NCBI GenBank assembly: GCA_045651985.1
Contig: JAZRTK010000016.1
Coordinates: 341-64,340 of the forward strand
Length of the DNA stretch: 64,000 nucleotides
Direction: 5' to 3'
Source of the DNA: Eubacteriales bacterium
GTDB taxonomy: Bacteria; Bacillota; Clostridia; Oscillospirales; CAG-272
Shown here one piece after another: positions 37,411 through 48,184 of this stretch; position 1 is the stretch's first letter; the number at the start of each line of letters is the position of its first letter. The position numbers and the translations under genes are program-made. The notes beneath the pieces are model-generated. The model searched no databases. It had not been told where the DNA came from and was given only the letters and a program-made list of their open reading frames with translations.

Positions 37411-38433
37411 ATGAAGATAATCGTTGACGTTATGGGTGGCGACAATGCCCCCCTTGAGCTTGTGAAAGGCGCTTGCCAAGCATACGAAGAAACGGGCGCA
37501 GACCTGCTTTTGGTGGGGGATAAAGACCAAATTGAGCGCGTTGCCGACGAGGAAAAGCTTGACATCAGCCGCTTTGAAATACTTGACGCAAAGGAAACGG
37601 TGGAGATGACTGACGACCCTTTGATGGTAGTCCGTAAAAAGACCGAAAGCTCAATGGTAAAGGGCTTGCGGGCTCTTGCCGACGGTCAGGGTGACGCTTT
37701 TGTCAGCACGGGAAATACAGGTGCGCTGTTTACCTGCGCCACCCTTATTGTGCGCCGTATAAAAGGAGTTAAGCGCGCGGGTATTGGTACCGTTCTTCCC
37801 CTGCAGAACCCCGTTTTGCTGCTGGATTCAGGTGCAAACGCGGTAGTGGAGCCCGAGTATCTTGACACCTTTGCCACAATGGGCTCGATCTACATGAAGT
37901 CTGTTTTCGGGATCGAAAATCCCCGCGTCGGTCTGCTCAATAACGGCAGCGAGGATTGCAAGGGCACAGAGCTGCAAATTGCGGCTCATAAGCTTCTTTC
38001 AAAGAACGAAAATATTAATTTTGTGGGCAATATCGAAGGTACCAGCCTGACCGCCGATACCTGCGATGTTATCGTAACAGACGGCTTTACGGGCAATATC
38101 TTAATCAAGACCATTGAGGGAATGGGCAAACTTTTGCTCGGTTCACTCAAGGAAGTTTTCATGGCAAGCACAAAGACCAAGCTTTCCGCTCTGCTCGTTA
38201 AAAAACAGCTTGGAACGATGAAGAAGAAATTCGATTCCTCCGAGTACGGCGGAGCGCCATTCCTCGGACTTCGCCGGCCCGTTATCAAGGCCCACGGAAA
38301 CTCAAAGGCAAAAGCGTTTGCAAGCGCTATAAAGCAAGCTGTAAGCTTTGCACAGTCGGGCGTTTGCCACAAGACCGCGGACGAGATCGCGCAACTCAAA
38401 AAGAGCGGCGAAACAGAAATTGAAGCCGAATGA
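37411..38433 (+). CDS. plsX: Phosphate acyltransferase PlsX
   Basis: MKIIVDVMGGDNAP N-terminus. The track's 37369 start is an upstream extension. Confidence 0.93.
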   Translation: MKIIVDVMGGDNAPLELVKGACQAYEETGADLLLVGDKDQIERVADEEKLDISRFEILDAKETVEMTDDPLMVVRKKTESSMVKGLRALADGQGDAFVSTGNTGALFTCATLIVRRIKGVKRAGIGTVLPLQNPVLLLDSGANAVVEPEYLDTFATMGSIYMKSVFGIENPRVGLLNNGSEDCKGTELQIAAHKLLSKNENINFVGNIEGTSLTADTCDVIVTDGFTGNILIKTIEGMGKLLLGSLKEVFMASTKTKLSALLVKKQLGTMKKKFDSSEYGGAPFLGLRRPVIKAHGNSKAKAFASAIKQAVSFAQSGVCHKTADEIAQLKKSGETEIEAE

Positions 38434-38446
38434 TTTGGAGATAAAA

Positions 38447-39163
38447 ATGCAGGAAAAACCTTACGATAAAAAAGGACTTGAGGCGGCGCTTGGATATACG
38501 TTCAACGATATTTCTATACTTGACACGGCGCTGACCCATTCCTCTTATTCAAATGAACTGAGACTGAAAAAATGCGAGTGCGAATGTAACGAGAGACTTG
38601 AATTCCTCGGGGATTCGGTGCTTTCCGTTATTGTCAGCGAGTACCTTTACGGACATTATTCAAGACGGCCCGAGGGCGAGCTTACCAAAATGCGCGCCGC
38701 GGTGGTCTGCGAGGACGCGCTGTCAAAGTTTGCCCGTGAAATTGACCTTGGAAGCTATTTGCTCCTCGGTCGCGGCGAGGAAAAAAATAACGGCCGTGAG
38801 CGCAAATCCATTACGGCAGACGCATTTGAGGCGGTGCTGGCGGCAGTCTATCTTGACGCGGGAAAGTATGGAAAAAACATGGTTTCCAGATTCGTTCTGC
38901 CCTTTATAATATCGGAACTGAGACAGTTTGAGAACGACGGAATACACAAGGATTACAAGACACTTTTGCAGCAGATAGTTCAACAGGCTGAAGGCGAAAA
39001 GCTTGAGTACGTGACGGTAGGAGAGAGTGGCCCCGACCATGATAAGCGCTTTGAGGTTGAGGCACGGCTTAACAGCAACGTAATAGGACGGGGTATCGGG
39101 CGATCAAAGCGACAGGCGGAACAGCTTGCCGCAGCCGAGGCTATAAAGCTCTTCGGAGAATAA
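38447..39163 (+). CDS. rnc: Ribonuclease III
   Basis: RNase III signature ERLEFLGDSVL and a C-terminal dsRBD. ATG 38447. Confidence 0.95.
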   Translation: MQEKPYDKKGLEAALGYTFNDISILDTALTHSSYSNELRLKKCECECNERLEFLGDSVLSVIVSEYLYGHYSRRPEGELTKMRAAVVCEDALSKFAREIDLGSYLLLGRGEEKNNGRERKSITADAFEAVLAAVYLDAGKYGKNMVSRFVLPFIISELRQFENDGIHKDYKTLLQQIVQQAEGEKLEYVTVGESGPDHDKRFEVEARLNSNVIGRGIGRSKRQAEQLAAAEAIKLFGE

Positions 39164-39242
39164 ATTTCAAAACATAACGCCGGGCGTATGCCCGGCAAAA
39201 ACTCTTTTTAAACCACATGAAAAATTGCGAAAGGAGACCGAA

Positions 39243-40307
39243 ATGAAACCGCAAAAGCACGCAAACATACCTATTTTTATACCCCATTTGGGCTGTCCCA
39301 ATAACTGCGTTTTTTGCAACCAGCGTTCAATTTCGGGACACCATGATTTTGATGAAAAAAATGTGGTCGGGGAGATTGAAACAGCACTTTCGACCCTTGG
39401 TGACAGAGAGGCGGAGATCGCCTTTTTCGGTGGCTCCTTTACGGGAATTGACCGCTCCTTGATGCTCTATCTTCTGGGGGCTGCAAAAGGGTACGTGGAG
39501 CTGGGAAAGGTAAGCGGTATAAGGCTTTCCACACGACCCGACTATATTGACCGAGAGATACTTGACATACTGAAAGCCCACGGTGTCACCGCCGTCGAGC
39601 TTGGACTCCAAAGTATGTGCGAGAACGTGCTTTTGTCCTGCAAAAGAGGTCACGACAGCGCTTGCGCCGAGCGGGCTTGCGCACTTGTAAAAGAATACGG
39701 ATTTGAGCTGGTTGGACAGATGATGATAGGTCTGCCCGAGTCGACTTTGCAGGACGAAATATATACCGCGCAAAAGCTCTGCCAAATGGGCGTTGACGCG
39801 GTGCGCGTTTACCCTACGGTCGTTTTTTGCGACACCGAGCTTGCTCTCATGTGCGAGCAGGGTGTCTACACCCCCATTTCAAACGACCAGGCGGTCGTGC
39901 GGGTAAAAGAGGTGCTGAAGATTTTCGATCGAGAGGGAGTAAGATGCCTGAGGGTCGGACTCTGTGCGTCGGAAAATCTCGCAAGCGATGAAAAGGTCGT
40001 TGGTGGCGCAAACCACAGCGCCATCGGTGAGCTTGCCATGGGCGAGGTCTTCTTTGACCGTATTTGCGAGGCGCTTGACGGGCTGTCGGACAAGCTTTGC
40101 AAGGGTGCAAAGGTCGACGTTTTCGTGCCCATGGGAGCCATGTCTAAGGCGGTGGGACAGCAAAAAAGAAATCTTATGCGCTTAAGAGCAAAATATTTTG
40201 AAAAAAATGACATAAATACCGTGAAAATTCATGAAATCGACACACTTTTAGGGTATAATATTAAAATTAAAATAGAAGGCAACGGAGGAAATCCCCAGTG
40301 TACTTAA
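39243..40307 (+). CDS. Radical SAM protein (ELP3/MiaB-like core), function unknown
   Basis: CPNNCVFC (CxxxCxxC) about 20 aa from the N-terminus. Located between rnc and smc. Confidence 0.8.
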   Translation: MKPQKHANIPIFIPHLGCPNNCVFCNQRSISGHHDFDEKNVVGEIETALSTLGDREAEIAFFGGSFTGIDRSLMLYLLGAAKGYVELGKVSGIRLSTRPDYIDREILDILKAHGVTAVELGLQSMCENVLLSCKRGHDSACAERACALVKEYGFELVGQMMIGLPESTLQDEIYTAQKLCQMGVDAVRVYPTVVFCDTELALMCEQGVYTPISNDQAVVRVKEVLKIFDREGVRCLRVGLCASENLASDEKVVGGANHSAIGELAMGEVFFDRICEALDGLSDKLCKGAKVDVFVPMGAMSKAVGQQKRNLMRLRAKYFEKNDINTVKIHEIDTLLGYNIKIKIEGNGGNPQCT

Positions 40308-43300
40308 AATCACTTGAATTGCAGGGCTTCAAGTCCTTTCCCGATAAAACAAAGCTGACTTTCGAGCGAGGGGCTACGGTCATCGTAGGACCTAACGGAA
40401 GCGGAAAATCGAATATTTCCGATGCCATGAGATGGGTTTTGGGCGAGCTTTCCTCAAAGAATCTGCGAGGCAGTAAGATGGAGGATATCATCTTTGGCGG
40501 TGCTGACAGCAGAAAGCCCATGGGATACGCCGAGGTCTGCGTTACCTTTGACAACACCGACGAGGAGGGCAAACTTGACTGTCCTTACGATGAGGTCAGC
40601 GTTACACGCCGATACTATCGAGCAGGTGAAAGCGAGTATTTTATTAACCGCCAGCCCGTGCGCTTAAAAGATATTTACGAGCTTTTCATGAACACGGGTA
40701 TCGGTCGTGACGGATATTCAATTATCGGTCAGGGTAAGATAGCCGAGATAATCTCACGAAAGAGTGACGAGAGAAGAAGCATTTTTGAAGACGCTTCGGG
40801 AATTGCCAAGTACCGCCACCGAAAGAGCGAGGCGGAGAGAAAGCTGGCATCGACCGAGGACAATATGCTCCGCATAAACGACATTCTTTCCGAGCTTGAG
40901 GGCCGCGTAGGTCCTCTTGAAAAGGAGTCCGCGAAGGCGAGAAAGTATCTTGACCTTTACGAAACCAAGAAGAAAGCGGACGTTCAGCTTTGGCTATTTG
41001 ACACCGAGCGCTTGCGCGGTGAGGTGCAGGAGGCAGAGACCGCCTGCCGTCTCAGCTCTATTGAACTGCAGAACGTGGACGACACCATAACGTCACTCGA
41101 ACTTCAGAACGACAAACTTTTCGAGGCTTCCCAGTCAAACAAGCTGGAGTCCGAACAGCTCCTTGATCAGATTCGCGCTCAGACTGCGGAAAATCACGAC
41201 TACGACAGCGATTTCAAGGTGGGCGAAAGCAATATTCTCCACATCGAAGAAATGATCAAGACCGCCGAGCAGTCCATCGAGGCGGCAAAGCAGTCGATCG
41301 AAGCGTCAAACGGCGAGATTGAGGCAAAGAAAGCGCATATTACAGCACTTGAAGGTGAGATCGAGGAAATAAAAAGACTGCAGGGCGGGAAGACCGCCGA
41401 GCAGACCAAGTGCACAGACGAGGAAAAGGCGCTTGAGGAGAAGATCGCACAGGCACTTAACGATCTGCGCGTCCTTGAAGCCGAGCGCACCGACGTGCGC
41501 GTGCGTATTTCGGTCATAGAGAACGCAAAGAACACCGAAAGTGGCAGCAGCGATTCCATCTCCGAGGAGATAGAGAACTATAAAAAGACCTCGGCAGACC
41601 TTGCAAAGAAGTACGCAAACGCCAAGGACGGTGCGGATAAATACCGTGCAGAGATCGACCGATACAAGGCCGAAAGTGATTCCGCCGAGGCAAAGCTGGG
41701 CGAGCTTCAGGCAAAGCGGGCGGGCGATACCGCAAAGCTTAATCATTTGAGCGCAACTTGCGATTCGCTGTTCCAGCGCATCGAGGCGTTGCGCCGAATG
41801 GAAGAGCATTTTGAGGGGTACAGCAACTCCGTTCGTTTCGTTATGAAGCAGTATGGCGAGGGCAAAATCACCAATCGCACAGGTTCCGCTTGTGGTACTA
41901 TATACGGACCTCTTTCAAAGCTCATTTCGGTCGATTCACAGTATATTACTGCTATTGAGACTGCGCTTGGAGCAAATCTCCAGAATATCGTGGTCGAGAA
42001 CGAGGAGACCGCGAAGAACGCAATGTTTGCTCTCAAGAGCGCAAACGCGGGACGAGCGACGTTCTATCCTCTGACCTCAATGAAGGCATCAACACAGAGC
42101 GGCGAAGTTCAGGGAGCGTCCAAATTCAAGGGGTACGTTGGAACTGCCGACAGCCTTATAAAATGCGACGGGAAATTCAAGAACGTAATTTCCTCCGTGC
42201 TTGGCAGAACGGTCATTTTCGATAATATTGACAACGCCTCCGCTATGGCAAAGGCGCAGGGATATAAGGTCAGGACCGTCACCCTTGACGGTCAGCAGAT
42301 AAACCAGGGAGGTTCCTTTACGGGCGGCTCTGCAAAGCGTGACAGCGGTATGCTCTCACGCTCGGGCGAGATCGAAAAGCTCAAAAACGAGCTTGCGTCT
42401 GCCGAAAAGGAAAGAAATCAGCTTGACGTCGTTCTTTCACAGCTTGAAAGTAAAATTTCCGATGCTGAAAATACAGTGTTCGATATGAGCGAGAAGATAA
42501 AGCTCATGAGCACGATGATGAACGCGGAAACTGTCAATTGCGACCGTATTTCGGCACAGCTTGAAGCAAACAACGCGCTCATAGAAAAGCTTCGCCGTGA
42601 CTTCGAGGCTCTTGACGAGATGAGCCGCCGTTACGACGAGGATATTGCGGCTCTGACCGCCAAAGAAAAGGAGCTTGATACTCAGATCTCCGAGATCTCC
42701 GAGTACCGAAGTGACCGCGAGGTTGAGCGCAACGCGCTGTCCGACCGCAAGACGGCTCTGGGCGAGGAGCTCATCGACCTTTACATCAAAATAAGCGATA
42801 CTCAAAAGGACATCGAGACCGAGCGCACTCTGCTTTCGGGTATTTCAGAGCGGATCGCTTCCGTGAACGAGGGTATCACAGCGACCCTGGAAAAGATCGA
42901 GGAGCACAAAAAGACCCGTAAGGTATACGAGGCACAGCAATCCGAAAACCGAGAGAAGGCAAAGACGGGCGATGACAAGCTGGCACAGCTTAATGCACTT
43001 CGTCGTGAGCGCGAGGAGGGCGGCTTTGAGTTTGAACGCCGCTTGAACGAGATAAGAGCCAAGATACGCGACAAGATGAGCGAAAAGGAGCTTATTTTCC
43101 GCAATCACACGGCAAACGAAACAAAGCTTGAGCGCATACGCGAGGAAAGCGAGAAGCTGTCCTCTCATCTGTGGGACGAATACGAGCTTACACGCGCTGC
43201 GGCAGTGGAGCTTGAGTATCCCGCGCTTACAAAGGAAGAAAGACCTGCCGCCGTGCAGACTCAGACCGAGTGCCGAAACAAATTACGCGCACTGGGTTCC

Positions 43301-43936
43301 GTAAACGTTGGCGCTATTGAAGAATATGCCGAGGTCAAGACCAGATACGATTACATGACGGGTCAGATAAAGGACTTAAACGACGCCAAGAACGAGCTGA
43401 CCAAGATCATAAATCAGCTTGAGGGCGAAATGAAGACCTCCTTTATCGAGTCCTTCAACGCCATAAATGAGAACTTCAACAAGACCTTCTCCGAGCTGTT
43501 CGGAGGCGGTACGGCTGAGCTTCAGCTCACCGATCCCGAGGACGTTCTCACCAGCGGAATCGAAATTAAAGCCGCACCTCCGGGCAAGATAATCAAGAGC
43601 CAGATGCAGCTTTCGGGCGGTGAACAGTCCTTTGTTGCTATCGCTCTGTTCTTCGCAATACTCAAGGTCAACCCCACGGCGTTCTGTATCTTAGACGAGA
43701 TCGAGGCGGCGCTGGACGAGGTCAACGTATCGAGATTCGGCGAATACATAAAGCGCTACTGCGGTGAAACTCAGTTTATTCTGATAACGCACCGCCGCGG
43801 GACCATGGAGGTGGCAGACCGCCTTTACGGCGTGACTATGCCTGAGCACGGTATTTCCAAGGTGCTCAGCCTCAACGTGGCAGACATCAGCAAGACGGAA
43901 GGAGACGATTGGGATGGGATTTTTAGACAAGCTTAA
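40298..43936 (+). CDS. smc: Chromosome partition protein Smc
   Basis: GTG start. Walker A GPNGSGKSN, long coiled coils, hinge, signature LSGGEQS and Walker B ILDEIEAALD. Confidence 0.97.
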   Translation: MYLKSLELQGFKSFPDKTKLTFERGATVIVGPNGSGKSNISDAMRWVLGELSSKNLRGSKMEDIIFGGADSRKPMGYAEVCVTFDNTDEEGKLDCPYDEVSVTRRYYRAGESEYFINRQPVRLKDIYELFMNTGIGRDGYSIIGQGKIAEIISRKSDERRSIFEDASGIAKYRHRKSEAERKLASTEDNMLRINDILSELEGRVGPLEKESAKARKYLDLYETKKKADVQLWLFDTERLRGEVQEAETACRLSSIELQNVDDTITSLELQNDKLFEASQSNKLESEQLLDQIRAQTAENHDYDSDFKVGESNILHIEEMIKTAEQSIEAAKQSIEASNGEIEAKKAHITALEGEIEEIKRLQGGKTAEQTKCTDEEKALEEKIAQALNDLRVLEAERTDVRVRISVIENAKNTESGSSDSISEEIENYKKTSADLAKKYANAKDGADKYRAEIDRYKAESDSAEAKLGELQAKRAGDTAKLNHLSATCDSLFQRIEALRRMEEHFEGYSNSVRFVMKQYGEGKITNRTGSACGTIYGPLSKLISVDSQYITAIETALGANLQNIVVENEETAKNAMFALKSANAGRATFYPLTSMKASTQSGEVQGASKFKGYVGTADSLIKCDGKFKNVISSVLGRTVIFDNIDNASAMAKAQGYKVRTVTLDGQQINQGGSFTGGSAKRDSGMLSRSGEIEKLKNELASAEKERNQLDVVLSQLESKISDAENTVFDMSEKIKLMSTMMNAETVNCDRISAQLEANNALIEKLRRDFEALDEMSRRYDEDIAALTAKEKELDTQISEISEYRSDREVERNALSDRKTALGEELIDLYIKISDTQKDIETERTLLSGISERIASVNEGITATLEKIEEHKKTRKVYEAQQSENREKAKTGDDKLAQLNALRREREEGGFEFERRLNEIRAKIRDKMSEKELIFRNHTANETKLERIREESEKLSSHLWDEYELTRAAAVELEYPALTKEERPAAVQTQTECRNKLRALGSVNVGAIEEYAEVKTRYDYMTGQIKDLNDAKNELTKIINQLEGEMKTSFIESFNAINENFNKTFSELFGGGTAELQLTDPEDVLTSGIEIKAAPPGKIIKSQMQLSGGEQSFVAIALFFAILKVNPTAFCILDEIEAALDEVNVSRFGEYIKRYCGETQFILITHRRGTMEVADRLYGVTMPEHGISKVLSLNVADISKTEGDDWDGIFRQA

Positions 43937-44819
43937 AGCAGGACTTTCAAAGACCAAGGACGGTTTTCTCGGACAGATAAAAAACGTGGTAAAAAGTTTT
44001 ACGAGAGTAGACGAGGAAATGCTTGAGGAGCTGGAAGAATTGCTTATCTGCGCGGATATCGGAGTCAATTCCACCGAGCAGATAATCGAGGAGCTTCGTG
44101 ACAGAATAAAGGAAAACCGCCTGTCTGAAAAGGACGACGTAATGGTAGCTTTGCGAGAGATAATCGAGGGTATGATAGGTCAGGGCGAGCCCTTGAAGCT
44201 TGACACAAAACCCTCAGTAATTCTTGTTATAGGAGTTAACGGTGCGGGCAAGACCACCTCTATCGGCAAGATTTCCAACATCTTGCGCCGTCAGGGCAAG
44301 AAGGTTGTCGTTGCGGCGGCAGACACCTTTCGCGCGGCGGCTATCGAGCAGCTTGGCGTGTGGTGCGAAAGAAGCGGAGTTGACATGGTAAAGCAGAGCG
44401 AGGGCTCCGACCCCGCGGCGGTAGTCTACGACGCTATCAACTATTCAAAGAGCAAGGGCGCGGACGTGCTTATAGTTGACACCGCGGGCAGACTTCACAA
44501 CAAGAAAAACCTGATGGACGAGCTGTCAAAGATCAATCGCGTTATCGACCGTGAGCTTCCCGACGCGGACCGCGAAAACCTGCTGGTGCTTGACGCTACA
44601 ACGGGTCAGAACGCAATTCTGCAGGCAAAGGAGTTCAAGAACTCCGCAAAATTAACGGGTCTTGTTCTCAACAAGCTGGACGGCACCGCAAAGGGCGGCA
44701 TCGTAATTTCAATTAAGCAGGAGCTTGGTGTGCCCGTCAAGTTTATCGGCGTCGGCGAGAAGCTCGACGATATGCAGGTCTTTGACGCGGATGAATTTAC
44801 AAAGGCACTATTTGAATGA
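43914..44819 (+). CDS. ftsY: Signal recognition particle receptor FtsY (short form)
   Basis: NG domain: GVNGAGKTTS, DTAGRL, NKLDG. Confidence 0.95.
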   Translation: MGFLDKLKAGLSKTKDGFLGQIKNVVKSFTRVDEEMLEELEELLICADIGVNSTEQIIEELRDRIKENRLSEKDDVMVALREIIEGMIGQGEPLKLDTKPSVILVIGVNGAGKTTSIGKISNILRRQGKKVVVAAADTFRAAAIEQLGVWCERSGVDMVKQSEGSDPAAVVYDAINYSKSKGADVLIVDTAGRLHNKKNLMDELSKINRVIDRELPDADRENLLVLDATTGQNAILQAKEFKNSAKLTGLVLNKLDGTAKGGIVISIKQELGVPVKFIGVGEKLDDMQVFDADEFTKALFE

Positions 44820-44820
44820 T

Positions 44821-45423
44821 ATGAAGATCGTACTTGCATCAAATAATAAACACAAGATAGGAGAGCTTCAAGCGATCCTTTCGCGGGAGCTTGGCGGCGA
44901 CCTTGAGATACTCTCCCTTTCGGATATCGGCTTTAAGGGCGATATTGTGGAGGACGGTCAGACCTTTGAGGAGAACGCCATGATAAAGGCGAGAGCAGTT
45001 TCAGCTCTTGGATATATCGGAGTTGGCGACGACTCGGGTCTGGCGGTGGACGCGCTTTGCGGCGCACCCGGTATTTATTCCGCGCGGTACGCAGGCGACC
45101 ACGACGATGCCAAAAATAACGCAAAGCTTTTGCGCGAAATGGAGGACGTTACCGACCGCACAGCGGCTTTCGTGTGCGCCGTGGCTTGCTCGTTCCCCGA
45201 AAGCTCGGATCGTGAGGATTTTGTTGTTCGCGGAGAGGCGAGAGGGATTATTGCCCGTGAGGAGAGCGGTGAGGGAGGCTTTGGCTACGACCCGCTGTTC
45301 TATGTTGAGCAGTTTGACAAGACCTTTGCCCAAATGAGCGCGGAGGAGAAGAATTCTATCAGCCATCGCGGTGAAGCATTGGCAAAATTCGCGCAGAAGA
45401 TCAAAGAAATTTACGGAGAATAA
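44821..45423 (+). CDS. rdgB: dITP/XTP pyrophosphatase (RdgB/HAM1 family)
   Basis: MKIVLASNNKHKIGE...GFGYDPLF signature. ATG 44821. Confidence 0.92.
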   Translation: MKIVLASNNKHKIGELQAILSRELGGDLEILSLSDIGFKGDIVEDGQTFEENAMIKARAVSALGYIGVGDDSGLAVDALCGAPGIYSARYAGDHDDAKNNAKLLREMEDVTDRTAAFVCAVACSFPESSDREDFVVRGEARGIIAREESGEGGFGYDPLFYVEQFDKTFAQMSAEEKNSISHRGEALAKFAQKIKEIYGE

Positions 45424-45428
45424 TAAAA

Positions 45429-45716
45429 ATGCTTAGCAGTAAACAAAGAGCCACGCTTCGAAGCATGGCAAACGGTATTGACACTATAATGCAGGTTGGC
45501 AAGGACGGTGTCACCGACAACCTTATAACAACGATCGACGACGCCTTGGAGGCAAGAGAGCTTATAAAGCTCAAGGTCCTTGACAACAGCGCAGAAACTC
45601 CCCGCACGGCGGCGGAGGCATTGGCTGAGGCGACGGGTGCGGACGTTGTATGCACGGTAGGCACGAAATTCGTACTTTACCGCGAGTCAAAGAATAAGAA
45701 AAAGATCATTATCTGA
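45429..45716 (+). CDS. yhbY: Ribosome assembly RNA-binding protein YhbY (CRM domain)
   Basis: LSSKQRATLRSMAN...GKDGVT... pattern and size. Confidence 0.85.
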   Translation: MLSSKQRATLRSMANGIDTIMQVGKDGVTDNLITTIDDALEARELIKLKVLDNSAETPRTAAEALAEATGADVVCTVGTKFVLYRESKNKKKIII

Positions 45717-45736
45717 AAATCGAGGGAGGGCAGAGC

Positions 45737-46366
45737 ATGAGGATCGGAATTTACGGCGGAACTTTTTCGCCCGTTCATTGTGGCCACCTGCTCGCCGCCC
45801 GCGAGTTTGTGCAGGGAATGAAGCTTGACCGTCTTCTGATAATCCCGACGGCGCAGCCGCCTCACAAGGCTATGCAGACCACCGTGTCCGCCGACGACAG
45901 ACTGCAGATGTGCCGTCTTGCTTTCGGCAGTATGGAGAATGTGGAAATTTCCGACATTGAGATATCGAGAGGCGGCAAGAGCTATACGGTGGATACCGTG
46001 ACCTCACTTCATGAAAAATACCCCTCGGACGAGATTTTTTTGCTCGTGGGCACTGATATGTTACTCACCTTTGACAGCTGGTACAGATATCAAGAAATTC
46101 TGTCTCTTTGTACCCTCGTTTACGTCCGCCGTGAAACTGACTTGGCGCTGGACAGCAAAATTCTCGAAAAAATCTCCTCTTTGGAGAAACAAACAGGCAA
46201 GAAAATCCGTCATATTAAGATGACCCCCGTGGAAATTTCTTCAAGCGAGTTGCGCCAAATGCTTTTGAACGGCGAGGACGCGGGAGATTTTATCCCTGAA
46301 AAAGTAAAGAAGTTCATCAAGGAAAAGGGTATCTACACACAAAACAACGGAGAAAATGATGATTGA
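45737..46366 (+). CDS. nadD: Nicotinate-nucleotide adenylyltransferase
   Basis: GGTFSPVHCGHL (HxGH) motif. Confidence 0.93.
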   Translation: MRIGIYGGTFSPVHCGHLLAAREFVQGMKLDRLLIIPTAQPPHKAMQTTVSADDRLQMCRLAFGSMENVEISDIEISRGGKSYTVDTVTSLHEKYPSDEIFLLVGTDMLLTFDSWYRYQEILSLCTLVYVRRETDLALDSKILEKISSLEKQTGKKIRHIKMTPVEISSSELRQMLLNGEDAGDFIPEKVKKFIKEKGIYTQNNGENDD

Positions 46367-46985
46367 CGAGAAAAAAATTGACGCCTTGCGTGAAAGGCTG
46401 GCGGGCGAAATGTCTGAATTCCGATTCCGCCACACCTTGGGCGTCGAAAAAGAGGCGGTACGCCTGGGCGAACTTTACGCTCCGGACAAAATACCCCTTT
46501 TGCGAGCGGCGGCGCTTCTTCACGACGTTACAAAAGAAAATACTTTCGAAAAACAGTTGCAATTGTGTTGTGAACTTGGTATAATGGTAAAAGATTCCGA
46601 AAAAAGATCGCCGAAAACGCTCCATGCAATTACTGGCGCGGCAATAATTGAGCGGGATTTTCCCGATTTTGCCGATCCCGAGCTGGTAAGTGCCGTCAGA
46701 TGGCACACCACGGGAAAGGCTGACATGAGCATTTGCGACAAGATAATATACCTTGCCGACTACATCGAGGAAAACAGAAAATTTGAGGACTGCGTAAGCA
46801 TTCGTCAATACTTTTGGGAGGGTCAACCGCAGAAAATGGTAAAAATCGACAGGCTTGCGCATCTTTCACGCACCCTGGTGATATCATTTGACATGACTGT
46901 CCGTGCACTGGAGACAGAGGGCGCGGAAATTGATGAAAACACTACAAAAGCAAGAGATTATTTAGTTTCGAATATTCCGCAGTAA
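46356..46985 (+). CDS. yqeK: HD-domain bis(5'-nucleosyl)-tetraphosphatase YqeK
   Basis: RFRHTLGV...LLHDVTK HD motif and nadD-yqeK synteny. Confidence 0.88.
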   Translation: MMIDEKKIDALRERLAGEMSEFRFRHTLGVEKEAVRLGELYAPDKIPLLRAAALLHDVTKENTFEKQLQLCCELGIMVKDSEKRSPKTLHAITGAAIIERDFPDFADPELVSAVRWHTTGKADMSICDKIIYLADYIEENRKFEDCVSIRQYFWEGQPQKMVKIDRLAHLSRTLVISFDMTVRALETEGAEIDENTTKARDYLVSNIPQ

Positions 46986-47014
46986 TAACTGCTGAGAGGT
47001 TATAAACAGAGAAA

Positions 47015-48175
47015 ATGAACACAGAAATGAGAGTTCGGCGTCCAAAGGAAAAAAAGAACTCCGAGGGCGTCATAATCGTACTTATAATAGCACTTTTCAC
47101 ACTTGTTGCCGTGGCTTTTGGTATCTGGATGGTTGCAAAAAACTTCAATCCCGCCAAGCCCGTGGTGGACGAGGAGCTTCCTATCGCGGGAACGCTCACC
47201 GACACGGACGATGACGGTAACCGCGTCGTTATTCCCGTTGAAAAGGACCTTTACGTGCGTCGCGAGGGGGTATACAACTTCCTGCTTGTGGGATATGATA
47301 AGGCGGCAGGTCTTACAGACGTCAACATGATTGCTCAGTTTGACGTCAACACGGGCAAGGTGAGCATCGTTCAGCTGCCCCGAGACACCTACGCACGATA
47401 TAACGGAAACGGCAGATACAGGAAGGTAAACGGTGCATTCGGATACTTTAAAAAGGACCTTGCAAAGCTTGCCGATTACTTTGAGGAGACCCTCTGCATC
47501 AAGATCGACTTTTACGCATCAATCGACCTGGCAGCGTTCAGAAATATCGTCGATATCATCGACGGCGTGCCTATGTACGTTCCCCGCGATATGGAGTATG
47601 ATGATCCCGAGCAGGATCTTTATATCAACTTAAAAGAGGGCTTCCAAACCCTGAACGGCGAGCAGGCAGAACAGTTCGTGAGATTCCGCAAGGGATATAT
47701 TCAGGCGGATATCGGAAGAACCAACGCGCAAAAAATATTCATGACGGCGTTCGTCAAGCGGTTCAAGGAAAAGGTAAGCGTTTCTACCTTGACGCAGATC
47801 GGTACTCAGATGCTCAAATATGCAAAGACCAACATGAGCTTAAACGATTTCGTTTTCTTTGCAAAGGCAGCTCTTACAATCGACCTTGACAACATGAGTA
47901 TGCTCACGATTCCCGGTCAGGATATCCGCGAGCATAAGACAAGCGGTACCTGGTACTACGTGCTCAGCCACGACGCGACCCTGGAGGTCGTAAACACCTA
48001 TCTGAACGTTTACGGCAAGGATATTACCCCCGAAATGTTTGACAGCAAGGTTTCTCTGACCAATCCCGACGTGGATTACATGGTTGAGATATATAACTCT
48101 CCCGCCGACGTTGACGTTTACAACGGTGGCTCGGTAGACGAAAACGGAATTTATATTCCACCCACAAAATCTTAA
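47015..48175 (+). CDS. LytR-CpsA-Psr (LCP) family cell-envelope phosphotransferase
   Basis: N-terminal TM helix and LCP core (NFLLVGYD...TDVNMIAQFD...VQLPRDTY). Confidence 0.85.
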   Translation: MNTEMRVRRPKEKKNSEGVIIVLIIALFTLVAVAFGIWMVAKNFNPAKPVVDEELPIAGTLTDTDDDGNRVVIPVEKDLYVRREGVYNFLLVGYDKAAGLTDVNMIAQFDVNTGKVSIVQLPRDTYARYNGNGRYRKVNGAFGYFKKDLAKLADYFEETLCIKIDFYASIDLAAFRNIVDIIDGVPMYVPRDMEYDDPEQDLYINLKEGFQTLNGEQAEQFVRFRKGYIQADIGRTNAQKIFMTAFVKRFKEKVSVSTLTQIGTQMLKYAKTNMSLNDFVFFAKAALTIDLDNMSMLTIPGQDIREHKTSGTWYYVLSHDATLEVVNTYLNVYGKDITPEMFDSKVSLTNPDVDYMVEIYNSPADVDVYNGGSVDENGIYIPPTKS

Positions 48176-48184
48176 GGAGATAAC

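Noticed and set aside
37369-38446. 5' extensions of track ORFs. The same issue affects 4593, 6344, 8050, 10536, 11098, 27420, 38348, 44725, 51053, 57017 and 60969.
   Set aside because: In each case, the conserved family N-terminus begins at an internal Met that has a proper RBS. The extension either overlaps the upstream gene or a terminator, or has non-coding character.
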